NCBI GenBank assembly: GCA_951406725.2
Contig: OX597836.1
Span: forward strand, 2,604,001-2,668,000
Direction of reading: 5' to 3'
Origin: Octopus vulgaris
Lineage: Eukaryota
DNA: 64,000 nt
Shown: one piece after another, positions 1 to 13,920 of the stretch
Layout: each line of letters starts with the position of its first letter
Numbering within the stretch: position 1 is the first letter of the stretch
Notes under the pieces: generated by a model
What the model was told of the DNA's origin: nothing
Seen by the model: the letters and a program-made list of their open reading frames with translations, nothing else
The model's database searches: none
Program-made: the position numbers and the translations under genes

Positions 1-35
<35 letters not shown>

Positions 36-45
36 CACATTTTAT

Positions 46-128
<83 letters not shown>

Positions 129-180
129 AATATTAATATTCCTAAAAAATCCCTTATTATATCTGGAGTGCATAGTGTGG

Positions 181-348
181 GTTGATAAAGACATCGATCG
201 ATGTTGTTCTAACACGATGGCCGGGCTTGAATCCAAGGTGAAGGAGAAATTTGAAGATCTTCCCAGAGAAATAGTAAGAAACGTAGGCACCAAATCCTGG
301 AACCGTCTTGAGGCCGACGTGGAAGTTGAAGGCTGATACCTTGTCTAA
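181..348 (+). mobile_element. Tc1/mariner-superfamily transposase C-terminal remnant
   Basis: Frame from 181 reads VDKDIDRCCSNTMAGLESKVKEKFEDLPREIVRNVGTKSWNRLEADVEVEG*YLV*, resembling the typical Tc1/mariner C-terminus (…NT..EL..KI...F..LP...VRNAC..F..RLEAVVEAEGGYFE). It has an internal stop. Confidence 0.65.
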
Positions 349-399
349 ACTGTTATCTTCCATAATTTTTCATTTTCTACAACACTTCTATTTTTGTTT

Positions 400-1460
400 A
401 GGATATTTTGTTGCTTGTTTTCCTACCACGCAAACAATCAAATTTAGCTTGAACACGCTGTATGTTGTCCGTTTGTTACATACGTGTCGCCACAGTGGAA
501 TACATGTTGTGTTTAGAGTGTATTTTGATCTATCTATAAATGTATGGCTATAGCTTACTGAAATGGAGACAGTCAATGTATTACACTGTGTATAGATGTT
601 GCTGGTCAATATGTGCTTTTGGTACTGTGATGGTTAAGAATAACATTGAAAAATGTTATGAAGTGTGCCGATGGTTGGAGGAGTTAACATGGTTAAATAT
701 AGACGAACAATGAATGTACAGTAAAAATTTGTTTGTCTTCAAGGTTTTGCTTTCTATATATTTCTCGTCTTATTTGTGGATGTATTTGTGGACGTGATAT
801 TGACCTCTTAATGCCTGAGTTACGTTTGTGGTGAAGTGTGTTTCGGGAAAGTAGGTTTAGATGTAGAATGATGTTGTTCCTACGAAAGATAAAATAAAAC
901 TTATTGTTGTTTGTGCATAAAAAACTGGACAATTTGAGAAAGGTTTGATAGGATTTCCTTGGGAATTCATTTGTTGCAGAATTGAACCAGCGAGAGCCCG
1001 GTATTATTCGACGTATGAAAAAGTTACTCTTTCTTGACTTCAGAAGTAATTCGGATTCGTAAGCTTTTGACAATTATTAGTTGTAGCCAGATTAAGGAAA
1101 CGTATAGGTGGCCCTTAGTTAGAAATTATCTCTACGATGTTTAAATGTGAAGAGTAATGCTGAGCGGAGGGGAGTGATAGATAAGTTCTATCATGTTTAT
1201 GTAAATACGAGGCAATTTGAAAATTTTTGAATATTGATTTCGTGAAGGATGTTACAGTACATTTTGCTTTATCTGTTTGTAATGGAGTTAGAGATGAATC
1301 TATGGAATGTGGTGTGGCCTATTTCGAGGAAATTCACCTTCAAAGAGCACAAATTGAATTTCCAACTGAAGCCATCCATTAGATTCATTAACCCGACGAA
1401 AAGTGAGAGACGTGTGAACGTTTCTTCCAATTTTACTACCTCTAACCAATTATCTATGCA
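400..1460 (-). mobile_element. Decayed Penelope-like element (RT C-terminus/linker) fragment
   Basis: ORF 693-1073 contains WFNSATNEF…FLKL…NNKFYFIFRRNNI, similar to the PLE linker (IWFNPP…FL.LI…N.K..KIFNRNN.K.SY). Upstream on the minus strand is KVNFLEI, similar to the RT VNFLD motif. Frameshifted. Confidence 0.55.
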
Positions 1461-1499
1461 TCCATCATATGGAGGGGGAGAGAAATTATGACATATAAA

Positions 1500-1573
1500 G
1501 TATGCTCAATATATATACTTATATATATATCTATGTATATATATATGTATATATATATATGTATATATATATG

Positions 1574-1634
<61 letters not shown>

Positions 1635-1724
1635 GTATATACATGTATATACATATATTCAATCAATATACCTATTCATTTTAGTATATTCAGCTCTGCT
1701 TTCAACGAATATTCATACATACAT

Positions 1725-1770
<46 letters not shown>

Positions 1771-1862
1771 ATATCTATCTATCTATCTATCTACTTATCT
1801 CTCTCTTTATATGTGTGTGAGTGTATGTAGAGAGAGATAATATATATATACGTATATATACA

Positions 1863-1899
<37 letters not shown>

Positions 1900-1932
1900 C
1901 TATCTATCTACATATATATATAATATGTATAG

Positions 1933-2003
<71 letters not shown>

Positions 2004-2020
2004 CAGGTGTGTGTGTGTAC
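1500..2020. repeat. (TA)n / (TAGA)n compound microsatellite
   Basis: Direct reading. It is the source of the YIYI-type ORFs. Confidence 0.95.
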
Positions 2021-2499
2021 TTCATATAATTGATAGGATCTCCGTCGGTTTCGGCGATGTTTAGTCTCGTTGTTCAATGAACATACCTATTCATTTTATT
2101 ATGTTATATTCGGTTCTGCTTTCCCCAAATACATTTACCTCAACGGCTGCACTGACGCAGTAATATCGTAACATTCACTAAGACAAATTTTGACGTAAAT
2201 AGTAAATTTACAAATCTTTCTATGAATCTCCGATCATGTTCTGTCTATTGTATTTTCTTCCTAACATGTCAATTTACCTAACAGCCATGTCCGAAGGTAG
2301 TTCCTGACATTATCAGGAGCAGTAATCCAACTCGGATCGTCATGAAGTACAAGAACCTCTTGGCTCCTCGGTTATGCATGCATCCATATATACCATAAAC
2401 ACGACCACGGCAATCACAACGACGATGACGGCGATTGAAAGCTTGTATTTATAGAAAACTACTACAGAATAACAGTAAGACTAGAAGTATAACAAAATC

Positions 2500-3290
2500 A
2501 GGAGAAACATATTTGTTTAATAAGGAAATATGAAATAAACTTGGAAGAAGATCTACGTATATAAGAATAATGTACAGGTGGAAAACTAATTGTTGATCTG
2601 AACCAATGTTATACAAGGGCAAAACTACAGAAAAGCTTTGAATGAAGTGATCTAAAACGAAATTCCAAAATATGCTAAAACAAATGTATCTCTATAACAC
2701 ACAATATACAGAAGAAGTAAGAAAGACGTTTGGCTTTCTCTGTGCAGAAGACCAAATACAAATATAAATTGTGAAAGATGGCAATATTAAGTGCAGTCCA
2801 TGAAAGGTATACAAAGAAACATTTGATCATATCATATCTGACTTCGCATTATTTATAAATTCTGAATATACGTGAATGATACGTTTGAATTGGCAGCTAT
2901 GGGGATTGAATAGCATGATGTATGTTAGCCCTAAGGAACTCTAAAACATTACATAACATTGGATTGGCCATAAAGAATCTCCCTTTCCTGTACAGAATGG
3001 CAACGAGATAAAAGCTTGCATTCCAGATATAACTATTAGGGATAAGACTGATCAAGGTCCCTACTGAACAAATCATTGTTCGAAGAAAAAAAAGGAGGGG
3101 GTGAATGTGTCAAACTGTCAGAATCTTGTTGCAGGATTAAGCACGATTTAGGGCGAGGAATAAAAAAACCTATCCATTTTAAATGGAGCTTTAGGTGTGA
3201 AACGAATATTATAAACTAATACACGCATCACATCAAATCTCATAACTTCCCTCAATTCAACCGATAACAATGTTAGGCGCAAAGTACAGC
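2500..3290 (+). mobile_element. Decayed R4/Dong-like non-LTR retrotransposon, 3' zinc knuckle/restriction-like endonuclease region
   Basis: ETFDHIISD (~2816, cf. ETIDHIISGC), EIKACIPDITIRDK (~3005, cf. I.ANRPDI.I.D) and GALG (~3185, cf. IPIVIGALG) occur in the correct order, with many lesions. Confidence 0.65.
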
Positions 3291-3680
3291 ACACCCACAG
3301 CTTTTCTCAGTTCCATAGCACAACTAAAACAGAACTGTAGGCACACAGTACATTATATTTTCTCCATAACAGACCTTGTGGAAATATTCTTAGTTCAACT
3401 CATCGCGTACTCAACACAGTCACCATTCATTTAAATAACACACCACATACCTCTTGCATAATCGATGACTCTTTCGCATCAGTATTTGACACAACACATT
3501 CTCAATCATTGCAGCCTATTAATATGTAATAACAAACTATTAGTAGCACAATTACTGCCGGGGAGTGGAACACATCACACCAATCACACACCGCAGCGGG
3601 AATCATTGAATTAATGTGTAAAGTAGCTGAGCGTTCTAACAAGACGTGTACCGTTTATGTGAACAATAGGGAGGAGGAGG

Positions 3681-4070
3681 GGTGAGATGGCAGAATCTTT
3701 ACCGCACCAGGAAAAAGGCTTAGCGGCATTTCTTACAACCTAAAATTCCGCCTCGGTACACAAAAGTCGACTTTGCCTGTCATCTTTTCGTGGTCGATTA
3801 AATAAGTACCAGTTACGCACTGGGGTCGATGTAATCGACTTAATCCGTTCGTCTGTCCTTGTTTGTCCTCTCTATGTTTAGCCCCTTGTGGGTAGTAAAG
3901 AAATAAGTATTTCTCACAACCCCACATTCTGCGGGTCGAACTACGCCGAGTTGGACTTGCCTTTCATCGTTTCGGTATCGATAAAAGAAGTCACAGTTGA
4001 GCACTGGTTTCAAATGGCATCACCTTATCTCCTCACCTGAAATTGCTGTCCGTGTGCCACAATTTGAAAT
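3681..4070 (+). mobile_element. tRNA-derived SINE family A (Meta-domain-like core), partly dimeric
   Basis: Head TGGCAGAATC and core GTCGACTTTGCC..TCATC..TTCG.GGTCGAT.AAATAAGTACC are shared with more than 10 other copies in the window. Confidence 0.85.
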
Positions 4071-4493
4071 TAATATAATCACCAGGTAGCTCGAGTGCAA
4101 CAAGGTGGAAGCTTTGAATTTCAGGTGAAGCTCATCCCATTAAGTTCTATAAATCCCGTCTCTTACCGAGGCTATGATAACCGCATGCAATCAAGATGAT
4201 CATCTTGTAGGACGGAATTCTACTAAATCAGGACCTCACATTTGCAAAACGAAGAACCTAACCACTCGAACACATCTGTGCAACCGTTCACGTTATTTCC
4301 AAAGCAGGTGAAGCCTTAAAATGCAACCAGCAACAACAACAACACACAATACATGTTGCAGGGGTAATGCATCTCTGCATTGTCAAACGACAATACACTT
4401 AAGCAACTCATAACTGCAACATGTAATGCAGTGAAAGAACATTGCATAAAAATTTTGAAGACAACACAATGATGGCTGAATAACAACAACAAC

Positions 4494-4545
<52 letters not shown>

Positions 4546-4589
4546 TCATCATCATTATTACTATTATCATTATTATTATTATTATTATT

Positions 4590-5147
4590 GAGTGAGAGAG
4601 CAGTGCATGCCATCAAAGTGATACTGGGGTAAAATATGCGAAGCCCAATATACCCATCATGACTACCCGTCTGATAAGGTTACACCAGGCACATGCATCA
4701 CAACCATATGTGCGCGACATGGTAATCGCATATGAAGATAAACAGCACATGACCTTACAGGTGGGGCCCAGTTAGAATTTTCTTCTGGTCGAGTAACCCA
4801 TCCCGCTCAAAAGGTCCTTGAATAAGGGTTGTTTAAGGATGTTGAACGAAACACCTATGTTTCCAGAGGTGAATTATTCAAACCCCAAAGAATCCCTCTT
4901 AACACACGACTATGATGCTCCCCCACTACTTCCGCTCGTGATCAGAGATGCACATATTGTCAGCGACAAAGGGACATGCTCACCTGGTTAAGGTCAAGCA
5001 ACTGACCAGCAAATCTGTGGTATTGAGCAGAATATTTGCTGTAGACTATCTTTAATGTCAAGACAAAACAATGTACATGATAACACTTCCAATCAGTTAA
5101 GATCAGAAGCCTCGAGAGCCACTGTCTGGTACTGCATCAGTGCACTT
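4590..5147. mobile_element. ~555 bp non-coding interspersed element in (ATT)n tract, copy 1
   Basis: Colinear and highly similar to 30081-30637 and 10425-10980. It begins GAGTGAGAGAGCAG and has (ATT)n on both sides. Confidence 0.9.
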
Positions 5148-5469
5148 ATTATTATTATTATTATTATTGTTGTTGTTGTTATTATGATTATTATTATTAT
5201 TATTATCATCATCATCATTATTATTATTATTACTATTGTGAGAATGCAGGTAATCTCGGTAATTATCATGATACTCATAATTATTATAATGATAAAACAA
5301 TTAATACATAATGTGCAGATATTTATTATAAAAAAAATTAAAACTCCAAAAAAAAGAAAGAAAACCTGCACCTTTGTGTGAATGTTGATTGGTCTGACGT
5401 AAGTGACGTCATTCTTAGCTTTAATGAGTTATTTGCAATAATTGATTTTTACATAGTTGCAGTAAAAAT

Positions 5470-6474
5470 AGTATGTTAGTGTCGATGGTGGTGGTTGTAG
5501 CGGTGGCGGCGGTGGTGGTAGTGGGGGTGGTAGTAGTGGTGGTGATGGCGGTAGTGGTGTTACGGGTGCGTTACGAAGATTGTAGTGGTGGCGGTGGTGA
5601 CGTTGGTGGTAGTGATGGTGGTGGTGGTTGTGGCGGTGGCGGTAGTGGTAGCAGTTGTAGTGATGGCGGGAATTTATGGAGGTAGTGACAGGTTGTGGTG
5701 GTGGTGGTGATTGAAAGCAAGTGATCTTCGCAGTATGGGCGGATGTTGGAGTGGTATTTGTAATGTTCGTTATGATAACTGTTATGTTCATCATATTAGT
5801 GCTGTTGATTGTAATAGTTTAGGCTGTAGTGCTGGTGGTGGTGGTGGTGGTGATAGTATACGTCGTTGTGGAGATGGTGGTAGGGTTAGTAATAGTTGTA
5901 ATAATGGCAGTAGTGAAGCTAGTAGTGGTTTTTGTTGTTGTTATGGTTGTGGTGTCGGTGGTAGTATTAATGGTAGTGGTGGTGGTGATTGTGAAGGTAT
6001 TGTCAATAGTTCCAGTGGTGGTCATTATGGTGATGTCGTTAGTGTAGAGTAGCGAGATGTGATGGTAGTAGTACTAAAGGTGGTAGCGTTGTTAAAATGA
6101 CTCAAACAGTTGGTCGTGCATGAAATGCTGTAGCACATGTTGTAGTACTGTAGTATCAACAAGGGTGGTGGTGGTGGTGGTGGTGGTGGTGATGGAAATA
6201 ACAGTGGAGGTTGCAGTTCCATTAGTGTAATAATGGTAATGCTTGCAGTGATGATAGTACAGGAGGTAGTCGTAGTGGTTTAACACTAGTAGTGGCTGAG
6301 GTGTTGGTAGCGTTGTAAGCAGGGAAGGTAGTGGTTCTGGTGGACTAATACTAACGTAGATGGTAGTGGTGATGGTGATGGTGGTGGAGGTGTTTGAGGA
6401 GATGGTGCGGAGGGGTACCAAATCTGTGGTTGCAGTTTCTACCAGCAGCAGCAGCAGTAGCAGTAGTAGTAGTG

Positions 6475-6527
<53 letters not shown>

Positions 6528-7213
6528 TATTGTGGCCGTAATATTCATAGTAATTTTGGTGGCAGTGGCGTTAATAATTATAGAGGAATAATTGCGGTGT
6601 TGGGGGAAGTGGTGATGGTGGTGGTGTTGGTGTGGCAGTGGTGGTGGGATGTTGTTGTTGTTTGTGGTGGTGGTTTGTTCTTGCTGTTGGGGCGGTGGTG
6701 TTCGTAGTGGTGGTGGTGGTGGATTGTTGTTGCTACTGCTGTTGTTGTTGTTGCAGTAGTGGTGGTGGTGGATTTCTGGAAGGGTAAAGAGGTTCTGTTG
6801 TAGTAATTTTGGTTGTAGTACGCCGGTAGTAGCAACGTCAGTAGTAGTAGTCTTGGTGGTGGTAGTAGTGGTGGTGGTGGTGGTGGTGGTCGTCGTCGTC
6901 GTCCTCGTCGTGGTGGTCATGGTCGTGGTGACGGTGGAGGTGTACGCAAGAGATATTGGCTGTAGTTTTACTGGTATTGGTTGGAGGCGGGGGGAGGGGG
7001 TAATAATTTTATGAGGTGGGGAAGCAGGATTGGTTGGTGTGCAAGACGTGGCGTTGCAGCAACAGTAGAAGTTATGATGGTAGCAGTGGATCAGATGATG
7101 GGTGGGATGGGGGAGGGGGGTAAGGCAGCAGAAGCAGCAAGAAGAAGAGAAGCAGCAACTGCAGTTGCGGCAGCAGCGGCAGTAAAAGTAGCACTGCCGG
7201 TAGCAGCAGCAGC

Positions 7214-7255
<42 letters not shown>

Positions 7256-7256
7256 T

Positions 7257-7301
<45 letters not shown>

Positions 7302-8100
7302 AGTAGAAAAAAATGGTAAAAGAAGAAACAACGAACCAGCAGCAAAAATCAAGAAGAAGAAGAAGAGGGAGAAGAAGACGAAGAAGAAGAAGAAGAAGAA
7401 GAAGAAGAAGAAGAAGAAGAAGACGAAGAAGAAGAAGAAGGAAAAGGAGAAGGAGGAGGAGGAGGAGGAGGAGGAGAAGAGGGGAGGAGGAGGAGAGCAA
7501 CAACTACAAAAACAAGGGGGTAGAAAGAAGGGGTGGAAGAAAAAATGATGATGGTAGTGGTGGTGGCAGTGTTGAAGGTGGTGGTGGTGATGATGGTAGT
7601 GGTGGTAGTGGTGGTGGCGGTGGTGGTGATGATGGAGGTGGTGATAGTTGTGGTGGTGGTGGTGGTGGTGGTAGTGGTGGAATTAGTGGCATAGCGGTTG
7701 GTGTAATAATAAAAATCAACGGGGGCGGGGGTAAAGCGGAGGTGCATCATAATGGTAGAGAGATGGTATGACGTTAACGTTGTTGTTGTTGTTGTTGTTG
7801 TTCCGGTTGTTCAGGTTGTTCGTGTTGTTGTTGTCTTTTGAAGTGATGGTGGCGGTTCTAGTAGCAGCGGTTGAAGGGGGGGGCGAATCGAGCGAGCAAG
7901 AAGCGAGCATGAGAAACAACGGTGGTAGCAGTAGTAGTAGGAGTAACGGGAGTGGTTGAAGTAGCAGAAGCTTATTAGCGGTAGAAGTGGGAGGAGTGGT
8001 GCAAATAGCAGTGGTAGTGGTAGTAGTAGTTGTTACAGTAATAGAGGGAGTGTGTGTTATAGACGTGGTGGTGGTGGCGGTGGCGGTGGTGTTGAGGAGA
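5470..8100. repeat. 2.6 kb mosaic of trinucleotide repeats (GGT/AGT/GTT/GCA/GAA/GGA)
   Basis: Direct reading. It gives homopolymeric ORFs in all frames. Confidence 0.9.
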
Positions 8101-8169
8101 GGTGAAGAAATAAATATTTAAAGGGTGAACTAGTTAAAGGTGTTACAAGGCAGCGCTCGACTAATACCT

Positions 8170-8412
8170 GTGTATGATATAGGTATATGTGTATGTGTAT
8201 CTATATATATATATACATATATGCACACATACACAAACGTGTTTGTGAGTATGTATGCATTTATATATGTAGGAATAATATATATATGTATATACACATA
8301 CCTACACATATGTAAATATATATATATTTGTATGTATGTGTGTGCATATATATATATATGTATATAGGTTCATCATATATACGTGCGTGTGTGTTTGAGT
8401 GTATACATATAC

Positions 8413-8445
<33 letters not shown>

Positions 8446-8509
8446 ACCTGTATGTATGTATATATATATATAAACAACCAATATGTATGTATGTGTATTT
8501 ATATATATG

Positions 8510-8541
<32 letters not shown>

Positions 8542-8542
8542 A

Positions 8543-8630
<88 letters not shown>

Positions 8631-9083
8631 AACATACATTCATACACGCGCACACACACACACCTGTAAATATTTAAAAGGCGCTTACCTATTTCCTTAA
8701 TACAAATTCAATTTTTGCACACAATATACTTGGAATGAAACCGTTGGGGAATATTGTAGAATAATACAGCAGCATAACGTATTACACCTAACCACACACA
8801 CACACAGACACACACACACAGACACACACACACACAGAACCAAAACAGATGCACATACACAGACGCGGACACACACACATACAATGCATACATAAATGTA
8901 TATATGCTCGCATCTATATGTGTACTTGTATACATACATAAATATATCCGTATGTACACAGGCACGTCCGTATACATATATATATATATATATATATATT
9001 TACATATATAACATGTGTGTGTGTAGGTGTGTGTATGCGTATGCATATATATATATATATGTATATATATATATTTATATATA

Positions 9084-9125
<42 letters not shown>

Positions 9126-9325
9126 CACACATATATATATAAATATATCATATGCATATATATGTATGTACATCCGTTCACTATCACAAATTCACGCATA
9201 TATTTACACACGCATATAAACACACACATATATACATTCACACACAAGCAAACATATATACATACATATGTATGTTCACAAGTTTGCTAACGTATTCGTG
9301 TCTATATATAAGTCAGTGTGTGTGC

Positions 9326-9415
<90 letters not shown>

Positions 9416-9690
9416 GTGTGTGAGTGTGTGTGTGTGTGTTTGTGTGTGTGTGCATGTGCGTGTGCATCTATGTCTACGTGTGTGTGTGCGGGTATTTGTC
9501 TGTAAATATATATTTTACTACAAACATACTTCCACGATCATGTAGACACACGTACGTATGTTCATGTCTATACATGTACACACAAACACGCACACACACA
9601 CAAAACAACACGCACACACACATACACACACACAAACACACATACACACACACGTAGACACACACACACACAGACACATATATATATATG
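8170..9690. repeat. (TA)n/(CA)n compound microsatellite field
   Basis: Direct reading. A short unique island lies at ~8665-8790. Confidence 0.9.
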
Positions 9691-10168
9691 AGTGACTTAC
9701 TCTACACTCCGTGTAAAATATTCTACACACAGCTTTCTATACACCTCCTCATTTTTATTTATGATCTGCGTTTGTACCTTTTAACGTCGGCTGTCTTTGA
9801 TATATCGGTTTTGTTTCATGTATAATATAATGGTCTGTTATTCATCAGCGAAACAAAGACCGCGAATTCAATACCGATTTGTGCACACATTCTGCGCGCA
9901 CCCGATGCTCTAATACACCACTGCTTGTTGTTGTTGTTGTTGTTGATATATGGTGGGTGTTGTTGCTACTACTTTTCCTTTTTTTATACTATTTTTGTTG
10001 TTATAGTTGTGTTTTAGCCACAGGTTGGAACCAATTGAGCTGCTCCGTGCTAAAATATATCCCTCCATTGCAAATAATAACAACGATGAGGATCATGTTG
10101 AAGGTAATATTAACAATGATAATTATAACGTTATTACTACTGCTACTACTAATCGTAATAATCATAAT

Positions 10169-10382
10169 GGTTTCAAATTTTGCCACAAGGGCAGTAGTTG
10201 GGCGGGGGCGGATAAGTCGATTACATCGACACTAGTGTTTAACTGGTACTTATTTTATCGACCCGAAAGGATGAAAGGCAAAGTCGACTTCGGTAGATTT
10301 TGAACTCAAGAACGTATAGCCCGATAAAATACCACTATGCATTTTGTCCGCCATGCTATTGTTTCTGCCAGCTCACCGCCTT
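10169..10382 (-). mobile_element. SINE family A copy
   Basis: Reverse complement of the family A core (ACCCGAAAGGATGAAAGGCAAAGTCGAC) and head (CTGCCAGCTCACCGCC). Confidence 0.85.
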
Positions 10383-10424
10383 AATTTAATAATAATAATA
10401 ATAATAATAATAATTACTGATATT

Positions 10425-10980
10425 GAGTGAGAGAACAGCAGACGCCGTCAAAGTAACGCCGGGGCACATATATACCAAGCTGAATACCATCATGACAACC
10501 TGTCGTATAAAGTTACACCTGGCACATGCGCCTCAACCACCAGTGCGCGATATGGTGGACCTATATCAAGATAAACACCTGCAAGGTGGGGCCCATTTAC
10601 AATGTTCTTCAGGTAGAGTATCCCATACCGCTCAAAATGTCCTAGAATACGAGTTGTTTAGTATGATGAATGAAACACCCATCTTTCCACGGTAAATTGT
10701 TTAAATCACACACACACGCAAAAATAATAATAATAATTCGTCTCAACATATGGCTATGATGCTTCCCCACCAGTTCTGCTCGTGATCAGAGATGCATTTT
10801 ATCGTCAGCCAATAAGGGACATGCTCAACTGGTTAAAGTCAAGCGATTGACAAGTAAATATGTGGTATTCAGCAGAATATTTGTGTACCCCCATCGTTTA
10901 CACCAAAACAAAACATGTACATGATAATAAATCTAATTATTTAAGATCAGAAACTATGTGAGCCACGGCCTGGTATTGCA
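10425..10980. mobile_element. ~555 bp (TAA)n-associated element, copy 2 (more diverged)
   Basis: Colinear with 4590-5147 and 30081-30637, and preceded by (AAT)n. Confidence 0.85.
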
Positions 10981-11019
10981 AAAGCGATGAGCAGCAGAAT
11001 CTGCCTTTATATTCTGTCT

Positions 11020-11370
11020 TCCAGTTCTCCTGAGGTCAAATTTGCCCTTTATTCTTTCTTGGTCGATAGAATAAGTACCTGTTGTTTACTTGGGTGGGTA
11101 TAATCGGCTAACTCTTCCCGCACAATTCCAGGACTTCTAATTATAGTAGAAGAGGTTATTATTGTTATTAAAGCGGTAATCTGATAGAATCGTGTTCGTG
11201 TCGGACAAAATTCTTAGCGGTGTTTCTTCTCATGGGTTCAAATTCTGCAGATGTCCACTTCGCTCTTCATCGTTTTGTGGCCGAGGAAACAGCTTCCTGT
11301 TAAATATGGCGATCGATTTAACTGACTTGTATTCGCCTCAAAATTCCTGGTTTTGTACCAAAATTAGAAC
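11020..11370 (+). mobile_element. Two decayed SINE family A copies
   Basis: Partial core GGTCGATAGAATAAGTACC and B-box-like GGGTTCAAATT. Confidence 0.6.
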
Positions 11371-11949
11371 GAAAATGGATGAATTTTTACTGTACATCTT
11401 GAACTCTCTCTCAGTTAAATATAAAAGCCAAAACTTATTTAGACAATTTTGTAATCTCCACTCATTTTGTTATACTAACTTATTTAAATTTGTGAAGTTT
11501 TAATAAATTACTTATTCCGTAATTAACTACAGTGGTTTGCTTTTATAAAAGAAGAAAATTTGTCACGCGTACAGGCGTTCGATATTATACATTGATTAAG
11601 AACCTGTCTCTATTCTGTTATTTCAATATAATGAAGTTTATAGTTTACTGAGGAGCCGAAGCATAAATAATGAGGCAGAAACATGTCTCACTTTGTTTCT
11701 GTTATTTTCAGAAATAATTAACCGATTATTAGTCATTCCACCAATCTTCTCGTCTCCACGTGGCCTTTCTATTTCTAATTAATTTCCTATTTATCTCTGA
11801 ATTAAAGACTTTAAGACTAACTTTACTATGTCACTGTTACCGAGACGCACTTTGAATAATTTCCTTGTCTTTTAAATTTTTTCTTTTATATTTTTCTGCC
11901 ATTAGATTGCGCCTATGATATTTTCGTCCAATGAATCAACTCCAGTACA

Positions 11950-11991
<42 letters not shown>

Positions 11992-12054
11992 CATCATCTT
12001 TTCTTTTTTTTTGTTTTGTTTTGTTTGTATTACCTGGCACTTATCCAAATCAAT

Positions 12055-12120
12055 CTCTTTTGACGAACCACAATTTTACGGCTAAGTAAAGGTACCAGCA
12101 CTGATTGTCAAGAGGTACTG

Positions 12121-12175
<55 letters not shown>

Positions 12176-12332
12176 GTATATATATATGTCAGGGGCCTCT
12201 TTCATTTTCTGTTTTGCCAAATCCACTCACAAGGCTTTGGGCGACCCGAGACTATAATAGGCGACACTTGTTCAAAGTGCCACGCACAGGGACGGATTCT
12301 GGGATCACGTGGTTGGGAAGTAAGGCGCCTAT
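12055..12332 (-). mobile_element. tRNA-derived SINE family B (CORE-like) with internal (CA)n
   Basis: AAATCCACTCACAAGGCTTTGG…ACTATAATAG..GACACTTG is shared with 19330-19470, 40157-40515 and 53313-53462. Confidence 0.75.
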
Positions 12333-12569
12333 AGCCCTTCTTTAGATAATGTATATATATTTTGTATTTATCTTTTGTTAATCATTCTCCAATAATTGCT
12401 GATGTATTAAAATGAGAATTACGGAAAGGAATATGAAGTCTGTGTTGCATTACACCTTGTCCATTAATCGAATAAATATGTGAAAAGAAGCTCATGGTTT
12501 TGAAAACAAAAATGAACTGAAATGGGCTGGAAGAGTTGAACAATTTTTTATGAACTGTGTTTAAGTGTA

Positions 12570-12662
12570 GAGCAGATCAACAAGGACGGGGCAGATAAGA
12601 TAGGACATAGCAGATCAAATAAATGAGAGCAGCTCAAATAGGACAGGGCAGATCAGATGGAT
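12570..12662 (+). repeat. Short degenerate ~19-20 bp tandem repeat (GCAGATCAAATAGGACAGG-like), about 5 copies
   Basis: GCAGATCA/GCAGATAA/GCAGCTCA recur at about 20 bp spacing. Confidence 0.6.
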
Positions 12663-12761
12663 AGCTGAACGGTGTGTAGGTGTTAGGGTGATAAATATAA
12701 TTAAACAAAAGAAGAAAAATAATTACATAATTCATAAACAACTCTTTCCAATAATAATACT

Positions 12762-13096
12762 TTTTACTAAAAGCACGAGGACTGAAATTTTAGGGGATTA
12801 GAGAAGTCGATCACATCGAACCCAGTTTTAATTTATCGACTCCGAAAGGGTACTTAATTTGTCTTCTTTCTTTATTACCCACATAGAGCTAAACATAGAG
12901 GGGACAAACAAGGACAGACAAACGGATTAAGTCGATTACATCGACCAAGTGCGTAACTGGTACTTAATTTATCGACCCCGAACGGATGAATGACAAAGTC
13001 GACCTCGGCGGAATTTGAACTCAGAACGTAGCGGCCGACGACATACCGCTAAACATTTCGCCCGCCGTGCTAACGATTCTGCCAGGTCACTGCCTT
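12762..13096 (-). mobile_element. SINE family A copy (near full-length)
   Basis: Head, B-box (GAATTTGAACTC), core and the tail GGGACAAACAAGGACAGACAAACGGATTAAG are all present. Confidence 0.9.
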
Positions 13097-13730
13097 GATG
13101 CTTTCCTTTAATAATGTCTTTCGATTTAAGCACGATAATAGTACTTTAGCGCAGCTGGGTTGACCGATGACATTAATCTACGAATTTGACTGCTGTTCTA
13201 TTTTATCGACCCCGAACGAATGAAAAGACAGCTGACAGAGGTTAATCAACCACTGAGAGATTCTGCACATATTTGCTCCACCGTCTACAGAGAGCAGAAC
13301 AAATACTTCAAATGTTACTCTAAAGTCTTCAAAAATAAAGAATGATACAACTGGTAATGTAGATCTAAGCTAAAGAGAATGCTGATCTCTCTGGGTTGTA
13401 GCACTAATGGAGAGCAAGCAACAATAACACGCAAGGAAAAGCGATGGAGAACCATTAACGTTGTGGTTTAGCCTTCAGGAAATAGGAAATACATCTTCCT
13501 CAAATAACTGTTTGTCATTTATTTAAATGGAAGGACACATTCGATATTTCGTCCGTAATATTAAGTAATTGTCTCCAGTGATGTATCATCCATATCTGCC
13601 CAATTATAGTTTACCTTCAATCAAACAACGGCGACAAAAGCGATATCAACGACTACAGCGACAACAACAACAAAGCAACGTATATGGCAATAAACTGGTA
13701 GAATTATTATCATTATTTTCATTATTATCA

Positions 13731-13920
13731 AGGCGGCGAGGTGGCAGAATCGTTAGTGCACCGGGGGAAAATGCTTAGCGGCGTTCAAATTCCACCGAGG
13801 TCCCCTTTGCATTTCATCATTTCGAGGCCGATACAATAAGTACCAGTTAAACACTGGGGACGATGTAATCCACTTACCCCATCCCTCTAAACTTCACTCC
13901 TCGCGCTAAAATTTGAAACT
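13731..13920 (+). mobile_element. SINE family A copy
   Basis: AGGCGGCGAGGTGGCAGAATCGTTAG head, GTTCAAATTCCACCGAGG and core. Confidence 0.85.

Noticed and set aside
6351-7771. 333-aa, poly-Arg and poly-Pro ORFs (protamine- or extensin-like)
   Set aside because: Homopolymer runs from trinucleotide repeats, open in several frames on both strands.
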